64,000 bases of DNA from an uncultured Prevotellamassilia sp. (GCA_934255485.1 CAKQOG010000011.1:5072-69071); one strand, 5' to 3'. Counted from the stretch's first letter, positions 9,205 through 19,047 are shown. Program-made: numbers and translations. Notes: a model not told the origin generated them from the sequence alone.

Positions 9205-10080
9205 TCATTTCATTGTAATATCTCCAACTTCGGTTACTGCATCTTCCCATCCATCCATGATGAGAGCTGGAGAGTGGGTGGTAAGTATGATTTGTGCATT
9301 GGGATTTAACTCGCGAACCAATGAAATAAGGTTCTTTTGCCATTCGAAATGCAAACTTGCTTCAGGCTCATCCATAAAGAGTACAAAATGCTGTTGGTCC
9401 TCAGTAAGAGCGGTTAGCAAAATGAGCAAAATTTGTTTTTCACCACTTGAGAGTAGATATGGCGAAAGCTTTTCATCGTATTGTACAAAGCTCAGTTCAT
9501 TGCTCTGACGATCGATTTTTTTGCCTGTTTCAGCAAAGAGTTCGTCTACAATATCAAGAAATCTCGTCTTCAAGTTTGCAGCCTTTGTTGCTTTTTCGCG
9601 TGCTTCGGGGTCGCCGCTTGTAAGCATTGCTATCATGCGGTTGCCAACATTAACTTGATAGTCAAGATAGCGCCGCTGAATAAGGTAGAGTTGCCAATCA
9701 AGTTCGGTAACAATGCGTGCATCGTTGAGCGCCCCTACAGGTTCGGAAGCTATAATCTTGCGGTCAAAGCTTCTTATCACATCATAGTGTATGCCTGTGG
9801 CATCGCTTGGAGCAAATTCTATTTTGACACCCAATCTGCCAAAAGGCTGAATATCACCCGACGAAGGTATAGAATGAAGATGCTGAATTAAACGGTTTAA
9901 GATAGTACTTTTGCCAGCTCCATTATGTCCGCTAAGCACATTTACATCTGGATTGAGGTCCCATACTATATGTTTATGCCCACTCCACAGACTTGATATT
10001 TCAATGCGACGTATGTAGTTTGCAAATTTAATCATAATGTATAAAGGTTTTAAGTAGGTTGCTGAATAAATGGCTTTCAC
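9205..10080 (-). CDS. Minimal ABC-type (AAA_15/AAA_21-like) ATPase; candidate AriA/OLD-N-like partner
   Basis: Walker A GHNGAGKST, ABC-signature-like LSSGEKQ, Walker B/D-loop VLFMDEPEASLH, H-loop TTHSP. ~291 aa with no coiled-coil insert; the true start may be MIKFANY at ~10035. Confidence 0.7.
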   Translation of the reverse strand: MKAIYSATYLKPLYIMIKFANYIRRIEISSLWSGHKHIVWDLNPDVNVLSGHNGAGKSTILNRLIQHLHSIPSSGDIQPFGRLGVKIEFAPSDATGIHYDVIRSFDRKIIASEPVGALNDARIVTELDWQLYLIQRRYLDYQVNVGNRMIAMLTSGDPEAREKATKAANLKTRFLDIVDELFAETGKKIDRQSNELSFVQYDEKLSPYLLSSGEKQILLILLTALTEDQQHFVLFMDEPEASLHFEWQKNLISLVRELNPNAQIILTTHSPALIMDGWEDAVTEVGDITMK

Positions 10081-10328
10081 GCATCATTATCCATACAACA
10101 AAGTTAAATACAAATAGTTTACTATGCAATTTTCGTTTCTTCTTTCGTCTATAAAATTGGATAGTTTATCGATTTTTAGTAAAAAAGTAAGACTATGCAT
10201 TAAACAATAAACGTAATTTTGTGTCAGAAAAATAGTGAGTGCACAAAAGTGTTGAAGATAAAAACGTTGGTCTGCAACCTTTTAAAAACACTCAATACGC
10301 AATATGAAATATTAAATTAACTACATAT

Positions 10329-13300
10329 ATGAAACGTATATTTTTGCTTTTCATCCTTTCGTTTGTGCTTGCCGCAGGTGCGATGGCGCAAAAGTTTGTG
10401 GTGACAGGAAGCGCTATTGAATCGAAGTCGAAAAAGCCTGTAGACTTTGCATCGGTTGTGCTGCTACGAGCTGATAGTACAGCAGTTGTAGCTGGTACTA
10501 CAGACGAAGATGGCAAGTTTAAACTAACTGTTGGCGCAGCAGGAAAGTACATTGTTAAGGTGTCTTTTGTTGGCTTTACCCCATTAACTAAGAATGTAGA
10601 ACTAACTGCAGAAAACGACTCTTTGTCGCTTGGTGCGTTGCTGATGACTTCGAGCGAAAAGGTGCTTGGCATAGCAACAGTTACTGCAACCGCATCGCGT
10701 GTAGAGCAAAAAGGTGACACTACAATGTTTAGTGCTGCAGCCTATCGAGTGCCTACTGGTTCAACACTCGAAGCACTTGTTAAACAATTGCCTGGCGTTG
10801 AAGTAAGCGACGATGGCACTATCAAATGGAATGGTAAAACCGTGCAGGAGTTTTTAATTAACGGTAAAGACTTCTTTAAAGGTGATACAAAAACAGCCAT
10901 GAAAAATTTACCCACAGAGTTGGTAAGTAAGATAAAGGCTTATGACAAGAAAAGCGATTACACAGAACAAACAGGTATAGACGATGGAGAAGAAACTACC
11001 GTGTTAGATATATCAACCAAACGCGAACTCAATGAGTCGTGGATTACAAACATAGACTTGGCTTATGGTAATCACGACCGTTATTCAACACGCTTCTTTG
11101 GTACACGCTTTACCGACCGAACACGTGTATCTGCATTTGGCTCAATGAACAATACTAATGACCTAGGTTTTGGCGGTCCACGTGGTTTTGGTGGAGGAGG
11201 CTCGGGCTTAACCGCAAAGAAGAACGTGGGACTTGACTTTTCTTGGGAAAACGGAAAACAAAAGCGTGAGGCAGGTCGTTTGGAATTAGGCGGATTTATG
11301 CTATACAGCCATACGAGCAACGATGCTGTAACAACAAGCAACTCTGAAACTTTCTTAAACTCAGGCAATAATAGCTCGTTCAGCAATAGTAGAAGTATTA
11401 GCGGGTCGCATAGTACGAATGTGATGACACGCTTGCGTTTGGAATGGAATCCGGACTCGATGACAAACGTAAACTTTCAACCTCGTTATAGCTATAGCGA
11501 GTCGAACAACACGGGTAACTCGCTTTCGGCAACATTCAATAGTAACCCATACGACATAGAAAACATGATAAGCCCGCTTGATAGCATCTTTGCAAGTAAT
11601 GCTGCTGCAAGCAACCCCGAACTTTATGCCATGATGGTAAATACCAATAGCCGTTTATCGATGGGCGATAGCAAGTCGCATAATATAAGTGCAAACTTGA
11701 ACCTTGTACGCCGTTTGTCGTCAAATGGACGCAACATATCTTTGCGGGCTTCAGGTGGATATAGCAAGAGTGAAAACCATAACTATAGCATATCTAACAT
11801 AGCATACAATGCTTCGAGCAACAGAAAAGGAAGTTTCTTGAACCAATATTCTACAATGCCAAGCAAGAACTACAATGTTAGTGCACGTGTAGGATATGTT
11901 GAGCCATTAGGCCATAACTGGTTTGCAGAGGCACGTTATCAATATAGCTATAAATACTCACAGGGCGACCGTTCACGCTACAATCTCGACTCATTATACT
12001 ACAAAAAGAGTTTATACCCTGATATAACAGATTTTGATGCAAGTTTTGGCAACGCTGATACTTATCCTGCATTGGGTATGTTGCCAACAACCGACCAAGT
12101 GCTCAACTATGTTCGCGATTTGAACAATTCTCAGTATGCTACATATAAGTACTTTGACCATACGGCTACCATTGGTATCCGCTATAACACTTCTACCATC
12201 AAATTTAATGCTGGTGTAGAATTCAATCCTGAACGCACAAAATTGGCATACAATCGTCCGGGACAAAACATCGATACGCTTATTACACGCAAGGTAACAA
12301 ACATCTCTCCACAAGTGCGTTTGCGCTACAACTTTTCAAAGACCAATCGCCTTGAGATTTCATACCGCGGTTCGTCTTCTCAACCCTCAATGACAGACCT
12401 TATTGCAGTGGTAGACGACTCTAACCCTCTGAGTATATCAATGGGTAATCCTGGATTAAAGCCATCTTGGAATAACAGTCTGCGCTTAAACTATAATGGT
12501 TATAACGTAACCTATCAACGCGGTATAATGGTGGGAGCAGATGCAACGTTTATACGCAATTCTATCTCAAACCGCATGGTATATGACGAGAGCACAGGTG
12601 TGAGATATATGCGCCCCGACAATATCAATGGTAATTGGAATGGTAGAGGTATGTTTATGTTCAATACAGCTCTTGGTGCTCAAAAGCTATTCAACATCAA
12701 CACCTTTACAAGCCTAAGCTACCAAAATGCAGTGGGATACGTAAGCAGCATGCCTAATACTTCGGCCTCAACACGTTCTGCTGACAACTCTCTAATGGAA
12801 ATAGAAGCATCCGCAAAAACTGCTAACAACCATTCATATAACTACTACAACGATATATTTAATAAGGCTACATCGCAGAAAAATACTACACGCACTGTTG
12901 GCGTAGACGAAAATCTTAACCTGTCTTATCGCTCAACATGGTTTGATGTAGGTATATTGGGCAAGTTGGGCTATCAGCACGCACGTGCCACTGTGCAAGA
13001 TAATGCCAACATGGACACATGGAACTTTGCTTATGGTGCTAATGCCAACGTTAATACCAACTTTGGTTTGAGCATTTCTACTGATATTCGCATGAGTTCT
13101 CGTCGTGGTTATTCGGATGCTACAATGAACACCAACGAACTTCTTTGGAACGCACAAATAGCTCAATCATTCTTGAAAAACAAGGCTGCTACTATCAGCA
13201 TTCAGTTCTATGATATTTTAAAGAAGCAAAGCAATGTGAGCCGTATGCTATCGGCAACGCAACGCACAGACTCTTGGAACAATGCCATTAACTCGTATTT

Positions 13301-13457
13301 TATGGTTCACTTTATCTACAAGTTGAACATCTTCCCTGGCGGTAGTAAGGGTGGAAACAAGGATGGCGAACGCCAAGGTCCTCCTGATATGCGTGGTCCT
13401 GGTGGTATGCCTATGCGCCCTATGGGTATGCCAATGGGAGGCGGACACAGAATGTAA
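10329..13457 (+). CDS. TonB-dependent receptor family outer-membrane protein (CarboxypepD_reg N-domain + plug + beta-barrel) with unusual Gly/Pro/Met-rich C-terminal tail
   Basis: Signal peptide; KFVVTGSAIESKSKKPVDFASVVLL...DEDGKFKL (CarboxypepD_reg); plug-like ALVKQLPGVEV...INGKDF; long Asn/Ser/Tyr-rich barrel. The barrel ends ...FIYKLNIF, then a 38-aa tail PGGSKGGNKDGERQGPPDMRGPGGMPMRPMGMPMGGGHRM. Confidence 0.7.
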   Translation: MKRIFLLFILSFVLAAGAMAQKFVVTGSAIESKSKKPVDFASVVLLRADSTAVVAGTTDEDGKFKLTVGAAGKYIVKVSFVGFTPLTKNVELTAENDSLSLGALLMTSSEKVLGIATVTATASRVEQKGDTTMFSAAAYRVPTGSTLEALVKQLPGVEVSDDGTIKWNGKTVQEFLINGKDFFKGDTKTAMKNLPTELVSKIKAYDKKSDYTEQTGIDDGEETTVLDISTKRELNESWITNIDLAYGNHDRYSTRFFGTRFTDRTRVSAFGSMNNTNDLGFGGPRGFGGGGSGLTAKKNVGLDFSWENGKQKREAGRLELGGFMLYSHTSNDAVTTSNSETFLNSGNNSSFSNSRSISGSHSTNVMTRLRLEWNPDSMTNVNFQPRYSYSESNNTGNSLSATFNSNPYDIENMISPLDSIFASNAAASNPELYAMMVNTNSRLSMGDSKSHNISANLNLVRRLSSNGRNISLRASGGYSKSENHNYSISNIAYNASSNRKGSFLNQYSTMPSKNYNVSARVGYVEPLGHNWFAEARYQYSYKYSQGDRSRYNLDSLYYKKSLYPDITDFDASFGNADTYPALGMLPTTDQVLNYVRDLNNSQYATYKYFDHTATIGIRYNTSTIKFNAGVEFNPERTKLAYNRPGQNIDTLITRKVTNISPQVRLRYNFSKTNRLEISYRGSSSQPSMTDLIAVVDDSNPLSISMGNPGLKPSWNNSLRLNYNGYNVTYQRGIMVGADATFIRNSISNRMVYDESTGVRYMRPDNINGNWNGRGMFMFNTALGAQKLFNINTFTSLSYQNAVGYVSSMPNTSASTRSADNSLMEIEASAKTANNHSYNYYNDIFNKATSQKNTTRTVGVDENLNLSYRSTWFDVGILGKLGYQHARATVQDNANMDTWNFAYGANANVNTNFGLSISTDIRMSSRRGYSDATMNTNELLWNAQIAQSFLKNKAATISIQFYDILKKQSNVSRMLSATQRTDSWNNAINSYFMVHFIYKLNIFPGGSKGGNKDGERQGPPDMRGPGGMPMRPMGMPMGGGHRM

Positions 13458-13483
13458 TGCACAAATAAAATTTGCTTAGATAT

Positions 13484-13540
13484 AAAGCCTTGTGAAGCAC
13501 AACTATTTAAATAGGCACTGCTTCATAGGGCTTTATTATA
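13484..13540. terminator. Hairpin between convergent OMP (+) and pepD (-) genes
   Basis: AAAGCCTTGTGAAGCA ... TGCTTCATAGGGCTTT imperfect inverted repeat with T/A-rich flanks. Confidence 0.4.
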
Positions 13541-13655
13541 TTACCATTTGGTAAATAAAATAAACGTTTGCATACAAACTAATAATCGCGGCATAAAGCT
13601 TTTGTTGTATAACTTTATGTCGCGATTGCTTGTTTAGAATATCTAACGAATAATC

Positions 13656-15116
13656 TTATTTCTTTTCAGGAACACGTTCGAGAATTGTCTTTACAAAGGT
13701 CCAATATTTATCTACACTTGGGATATAGCAACGTTCGTTAGGGGTGTGAGGTGAACGAAGGGTTGGGCCGAAGCTTACCAAATCCATGTGAGGACGGAGA
13801 GCACCAATCACACAACATTCAAGACCTGCGTGTACCACTTGAACAAGGCTATCCTCATTAAACAATTCGTGATAAATGCCCTTCATTAGTTCAACTATCT
13901 CGCTGTGTGGGTTAGGTTGCCATGCGGGATATTCACCACTAAGTTCCACCTTCATGCCTGCCATAGCAAAGGCACTTTCGAGAGTTTCAGCACAACATTC
14001 GCGCATGCTATCACGTGAAGATCGGATGAGAATTAAAAACTCTGCCTTACCCTCACCAATGTTTACAATAGCAAGGTTAGACGACGTTTCTACAATGTTG
14101 GGAACCTCAGGAATCATGCGGAATACGCCATTGTGTACAGCGCATAGTGCATCAACAAGGTTGTCTTGTATTTCTGCAGGAACAATGTGCTTTGGCAATT
14201 CAACGTCCTCTACATCGAGTTCAAGTGTTTTCTCGATAGGTTCGTATTCGTCTTTAAATGTCTGACGCCATTCGGCAACAACTTCTTTAAAAGCCTCTAC
14301 ATTTTCTTTAGGCAAGGTTAAGATAACCTCAGCCGATGATGGGATAGCATTGCGCATATTGCCACCTCTCCACTCAGAAAGACATGCTGCAAAGTTTGCA
14401 ATAGCATCTTGTACCAAACGTGCCATTGCCTTATTAGCATTGCAACGTCCTTCGTTGATTTCAAGACCTGAGTGCCCACCAAAGAGTTTGTGCAACGTTA
14501 CCTTTACTGCTACATCGTTAGCATCTGTTTCTTGGGGCTTATATTCGAGTGAGGCTGACATATTCACGCCACCAGCAGAGCCAATAATCATTTCGCCCTC
14601 GGTTTCATCGTCAAGATTAAGCAAAATGTCACCTTCGAGCGTTTCGCCCTTCATGTGGTTTACACCATACATGGTGGTCTCTTCGTCTGCTGTAATGAAG
14701 CCTTCAATGGGGCCGTGTTTCAATGTATTGTCTTCCATTACAGCCATGATAGTAGCTACAGCCATACCATCGTCAGAACCCAGTGTTGTGCCTTTAGCCT
14801 TTACCCAATCGCCATCTATGTAAGTCTCTATAGGGTCGGTCTCAAAGTTGTGGGTAGAGCCTTTAACAGCTTGAGGCACCATATCCATGTGTCCTTGTAG
14901 AGTTACATATTTGCGGTTTTCCATTCCTGCAGAAGCTGGCTTGCGCATGATGATGTTGCCTGCTTCGTCTTTAAAAGCCTCAACTCCTTTGCTTTTAGCC
15001 CAGTCGAGTAAGAACTTCTGCACCTTTTCGAGATGACCAGATGGACGTGGAACTTGTGTAAGCAAATCAAAGTTTTTCCAAATAGCTTGAGGTTGTAATT
15101 TTGCAATTTCGCTCAT
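13656..15116 (-). CDS. pepD: Aminoacyl-histidine (Xaa-His) dipeptidase, M20 family
   Basis: N-terminus MSEIAKLQPQAIWKNFDLLTQVPRPSGHLEK parallels the PepD N-terminus; M20 metal-ligand regions (HMDMV, ADEETT); 486 aa. Confidence 0.8.
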   Translation of the reverse strand: MSEIAKLQPQAIWKNFDLLTQVPRPSGHLEKVQKFLLDWAKSKGVEAFKDEAGNIIMRKPASAGMENRKYVTLQGHMDMVPQAVKGSTHNFETDPIETYIDGDWVKAKGTTLGSDDGMAVATIMAVMEDNTLKHGPIEGFITADEETTMYGVNHMKGETLEGDILLNLDDETEGEMIIGSAGGVNMSASLEYKPQETDANDVAVKVTLHKLFGGHSGLEINEGRCNANKAMARLVQDAIANFAACLSEWRGGNMRNAIPSSAEVILTLPKENVEAFKEVVAEWRQTFKDEYEPIEKTLELDVEDVELPKHIVPAEIQDNLVDALCAVHNGVFRMIPEVPNIVETSSNLAIVNIGEGKAEFLILIRSSRDSMRECCAETLESAFAMAGMKVELSGEYPAWQPNPHSEIVELMKGIYHELFNEDSLVQVVHAGLECCVIGALRPHMDLVSFGPTLRSPHTPNERCYIPSVDKYWTFVKTILERVPEKK

Positions 15117-15199
15117 ATCTGTATGTTTTTTTACTATGTTTACTTAGTGTGCTAAAAGGAAACATAGCGTTGTTTTGAATATACTTAATGAATATGTGC

Positions 15200-16213
15200 T
15201 TAAGCCATATCTGTAAGTTTTTCTTTATGCTGCTTAATTGGTTTACGAGCATTGACACGTGCCCAACCAAAAGCACCTAAAACCACAACTAATGCGGTTT
15301 GAATAGTATGTATAGTTAATGCAAACATAATGGCATTAGGCTCTGTTACACCATATAGCACCAACATTGTTTTTACCGCAAAGTGCCAAGGACCTGCTCC
15401 ATTGGGAGTTGGTACTAATACGGCAAATGTGCCCACACAGAAGATTAAGAATGCTGCAGATAGGTTGATGGAGGATGTAAAGTCAAAGCAAAAAAAGGCA
15501 ATGTAGAAATGTAAAAAGTAACCGCCCCATATCAGCAAGCTATATAAAAGATAGAGCGGTAGGTTTTTAACCTTTCGCAATGACAATATTCCATCCCACA
15601 CATTATTGAGCATATCTTTACCCTTCTGAAAGATAGATAGCTTTTTTACCATAACTACCAAGGCAACCAAGGTCGCAATGATACATATAATGGTAACAAG
15701 GTAGCCAGTGCCCGTAAATCTATGTATGATGCTTTCAAAGTTTGTACCAGTTTCTTTAAGAAAAGCCAAAAACACAGGCAACTGCGAAAGAAATGCAATG
15801 CCTGTAAAGAGTAGCATTAGGATAGAATCGACCAATCTTTCGGTAACAACAGTACCTAATGATTTGGTAAAAGATATATCGTCGCTCTTCTTAAGCGTTC
15901 CACATCGTGTGATTTCACCTACGCGTGGTACCACCAAACTTGCAGCATACGACATAAAGATGGCGTCGGTGCATGAAGTGCGGCGTGCATGTTCGCCAAG
16001 AGGTTCGAGTGCCATTTTCCATCGCCATGCCCTTGCCATTTGTGGCAATATACCAAAGGCAAGTGATAGCAACATCCACCACCAATTCATCTGATTGAGC
16101 ACAGCATTTATAAAACTATGCCAATCTGTACCTCTGTACATCCACCATAAAATGCCCAAACCAAGCACAAAAGGTAGACTTATTTGCAATATGACCTTTA
16201 TTAGTTGTTTCAA
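15200..16213 (-). CDS. Lysylphosphatidylglycerol-synthase-TM-like (UPF0104/flippase-like) integral membrane protein
   Basis: ~8 TM helices, conserved WRW...L motif near the N-terminus, no soluble synthase domain. Confidence 0.5.
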   Translation of the reverse strand: MKQLIKVILQISLPFVLGLGILWWMYRGTDWHSFINAVLNQMNWWWMLLSLAFGILPQMARAWRWKMALEPLGEHARRTSCTDAIFMSYAASLVVPRVGEITRCGTLKKSDDISFTKSLGTVVTERLVDSILMLLFTGIAFLSQLPVFLAFLKETGTNFESIIHRFTGTGYLVTIICIIATLVALVVMVKKLSIFQKGKDMLNNVWDGILSLRKVKNLPLYLLYSLLIWGGYFLHFYIAFFCFDFTSSINLSAAFLIFCVGTFAVLVPTPNGAGPWHFAVKTMLVLYGVTEPNAIMFALTIHTIQTALVVVLGAFGWARVNARKPIKQHKEKLTDMA

Positions 16214-16333
16214 CTTTCGATATTTCTATGTTGCTTAAAATAAAAATGCTTACCTTTGCAGCAAATTGCTTGCATTGAAAGAGTTAATATCTTCGTAATG
16301 AAAGCATAAGCAAAAGTAGAAAAAATAACTCAG

Positions 16334-17152
16334 ATGAAGTCTGTACGCCCTAAAAAATTTCTTGGTCAGCATTTCTTGACCCATTTGCCAACAGCACAAG
16401 CCATTGCAGATACTGTGGATGCTTGCGCCGACATACCTATTCTTGAAGTGGGACCAGGCATGGGAGTGATGACACAATTCCTTCTTAAGAAAAATCGCGA
16501 GTTCAAGGTTGTTGAGATAGACTTTGAAAGTGTGGCATATCTTAAAGAGCATTATCCCGAATTAAGAGATAATATCATTGAAGATGATTTTCTTAAGATG
16601 CCACTCGACAAAGTATTCGGTGGACGCTCATTTGTCTTAACTGGCAATTATCCCTACAACATAAGTAGTCAGATATTCTTTAAAATGCTCGAATACAAGC
16701 ACCTTATCCCTTGTTGTACAGGTATGATACAAAAAGAGGTGGCAGAGCGTTTAGCGGCTAAACCATGTTGCAAGGCCTACGGCATATTGAGCGTATTGGT
16801 ACAATTATACTATCATGTGGAATACTTGTTTACTGTGGAACCTGGTGTTTTCAACCCTCCTCCCAAGGTGCGCAGTGCAGTTATCCGCATGGTGCGTAAC
16901 GATGTAACCCATGTAGGATGCAATGAAACTCTTTTGCGTCGTGTAGTAAAAACCACATTCAACCAACGACGGAAAATGATGCGTGGTTCTATAAAACCAT
17001 TGCTTCATGAGTTAGACCAAAAGTGCGGTACTACTCCTCCCGACCATACTACGTTCTTGGCACAACCATTGTTTACGCGTCGTCCAGAGCAGTTGTCGGT
17101 ACAAGAGTTTATAGACCTTACCAACATGGTCGAACGGCATTATGCTATATAA
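16334..17152 (+). CDS. rsmA: 16S rRNA (adenine1518/1519-N6)-dimethyltransferase
   Basis: KKFLGQHFL motif, SAM-binding LEVGPGMG, 272 aa. Confidence 0.9.
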   Translation: MKSVRPKKFLGQHFLTHLPTAQAIADTVDACADIPILEVGPGMGVMTQFLLKKNREFKVVEIDFESVAYLKEHYPELRDNIIEDDFLKMPLDKVFGGRSFVLTGNYPYNISSQIFFKMLEYKHLIPCCTGMIQKEVAERLAAKPCCKAYGILSVLVQLYYHVEYLFTVEPGVFNPPPKVRSAVIRMVRNDVTHVGCNETLLRRVVKTTFNQRRKMMRGSIKPLLHELDQKCGTTPPDHTTFLAQPLFTRRPEQLSVQEFIDLTNMVERHYAI

Positions 17153-17241
17153 CATTTCAGCATTTTAAACACAATATAAAGGATAGCATTCCGTTTTAGT
17201 TTATATAAAATCAAAAAATAGAACATTATATAAGAAAGTAT

Positions 17242-18384
17242 ATGAAAACATATTTAGTCACAGGAGCTGCAGGCTTCATCGGTGCTAATTATTTGAAGTA
17301 CATCCTTGCCAAGTACGACGACATCCGCGTTGTAGTGCTCGACTTGCTTACCTATGCGGGTTATCTTGGCACCATTGCCAACGATATAGACAATGAACGT
17401 TGCTACTTTGTAAAAGGTGATATTTGCGATCGTGGTTTGCTCGATAGTTTGTTTGCAGAATATCGTTTTGATGTTGTTGTAAACTTTGCAGCCGAAAGCC
17501 ATGTAGACCGTAGTATTGAAAATCCACAACTGTTTTTACAAACCAACATACTTGGTACTCAAAACTTGCTTGATGCAGCACGCACAGCTTGGGTTAATGG
17601 ACGCAATGAACAAGGCTATCCCACATGGCGTCAGGGGGTACGTTTCCACCAAGTATCTACCGACGAAGTATATGGTTCTTTAGGTGCAGAGGGCTTCTTT
17701 ACAGAGCAAACTCCTCTCAACCCACATAGCCCATATAGCGCATCTAAGACATCGGCCGACCACATTGTATGTGCCTATCGCGACACCTACCACATGCCCG
17801 TGAGCATTACTCGTTGTTCAAACAACTATGGTCCCTACCAATTCCCCGAGAAACTTATACCATTAGTTATTAACAACATACTTCAAGGCAAGCATCTTCC
17901 TGTTTATGGCAAAGGCGAAAATATTCGCGACTGGCTCTATGTAGAGGATCACTGCAAGGCTATTGATATGGTTATTAACCAAGCAAAAGATGGTAGCATC
18001 TATAACGTAGGTGGTCATAATGAACGTCAGAACATACAGATTGTTAAGATTATCATTCGCACAATCCACGACATTATGGAGAAAGAGCCTCAGTTCCGCA
18101 CCTTGCTTAAAAAACAAACGCTCAACGATAAAGGCGAAATCAGCATTGATTGGATCAACAACGACCTTATCACCTTTGTGAAAGACCGCCTTGGCCACGA
18201 TCAACGTTACGGCATAGATCCCTCAAAGATTAAGGCAGATTTAGGTTGGTATCCAGAAACAACTTTCGAGGTTGGTATTGTTAAAACAATACGTTGGAAT
18301 CTTGAACATCACGATTGGATTGAGGCTGTTAGTGGTGATGATTATCAGCAATATTACGAGAAAATGTACGCCCCCAAGCGCTAA
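17242..18384 (+). CDS. rfbB: dTDP-glucose 4,6-dehydratase (extended SDR)
   Basis: YLVTGAAGFIG Rossmann motif, YSASK catalytic motif, HVDRSI. Confidence 0.85.
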   Translation: MKTYLVTGAAGFIGANYLKYILAKYDDIRVVVLDLLTYAGYLGTIANDIDNERCYFVKGDICDRGLLDSLFAEYRFDVVVNFAAESHVDRSIENPQLFLQTNILGTQNLLDAARTAWVNGRNEQGYPTWRQGVRFHQVSTDEVYGSLGAEGFFTEQTPLNPHSPYSASKTSADHIVCAYRDTYHMPVSITRCSNNYGPYQFPEKLIPLVINNILQGKHLPVYGKGENIRDWLYVEDHCKAIDMVINQAKDGSIYNVGGHNERQNIQIVKIIIRTIHDIMEKEPQFRTLLKKQTLNDKGEISIDWINNDLITFVKDRLGHDQRYGIDPSKIKADLGWYPETTFEVGIVKTIRWNLEHHDWIEAVSGDDYQQYYEKMYAPKR

Positions 18385-18428
18385 TTGCCATTAAATGTCT
18401 GATTTTTACGTTCAAAACACATAAAACG

Positions 18429-18460
18429 TTTGTTTCGTAATCAAAAAAGATGTAATTTTG
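18429..18460 (+). promoter_or_regulatory. Candidate Bacteroidota sigma-A promoter for rplS (TTTG at 18429-18432, 20-nt spacer, TAATTTTG at 18453-18460)
   Basis: Matches the Bacteroides -33 TTTG / -7 TAnnTTTG architecture. It leaves a ~90-nt structured 5' UTR (ACTCAGC...GCTGAGT stem) before the rplS start. Confidence 0.4.
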
Positions 18461-18553
18461 CATCGCTTTTCCACTCAGCCGCTGTCGGGATGCAGAGTTC
18501 CCCGTTAAGCTGAGTTGGGACGGACAACAATCATTTAATTACCCATCAAAGAA

Positions 18554-18922
18554 ATGGCAGATTTAATTAAAATTGCTGAAGAAGCTTTTGCTACTGGCAA
18601 GCAGTTCCCTAAATTCAAAGCAGGTGACACTATCACAGTGGCATACAAAATCGTCGAAGGTAACAAAGAGCGTATCCAGCTATACCGCGGTGTTGTTATC
18701 AAAATCAATGGTCACCAAGACAAGAAGCGCTTTACAGTGCGCAAAATGTCTGGTACTGTAGGTGTAGAGCGTATCTTCCCTATCGAATCACCTAACATCG
18801 AGAGCATCGAGGTTAATAAGATTGGTAAGGTACGTCGTGCTAAGCTTTACTACTTGCGTGCACTCACTGGTAAGAAAGCACGTATTAAGGAAAAGCGTAC
18901 AGCTATTGCTCAAAACGACTAA
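18554..18922 (+). CDS. rplS: 50S ribosomal protein L19
   Basis: Characteristic L19 sequence ([30 protein letters not shown]...). Confidence 0.95.
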   Translation: MADLIKIAEEAFATGKQFPKFKAGDTITVAYKIVEGNKERIQLYRGVVIKINGHQDKKRFTVRKMSGTVGVERIFPIESPNIESIEVNKIGKVRRAKLYYLRALTGKKARIKEKRTAIAQND

Positions 18923-18968
18923 GCTTTGCACAACATTTCTATGGCATCTTTCTGAAAGATTCCACTAT

Positions 18969-19006
18969 AAAAAGAGATTTCCTATTACGGTGGGAAATCT
19001 CTTTTT
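18969..19006 (+). terminator. Rho-independent terminator after rplS
   Basis: AAAAAGAGATTTCC-loop-GGAAATCTCTTTTT. Confidence 0.65.
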
Positions 19007-19047
19007 AAGTAAATATAAGTCTCATCTTACCACCGTACACAACTTGG

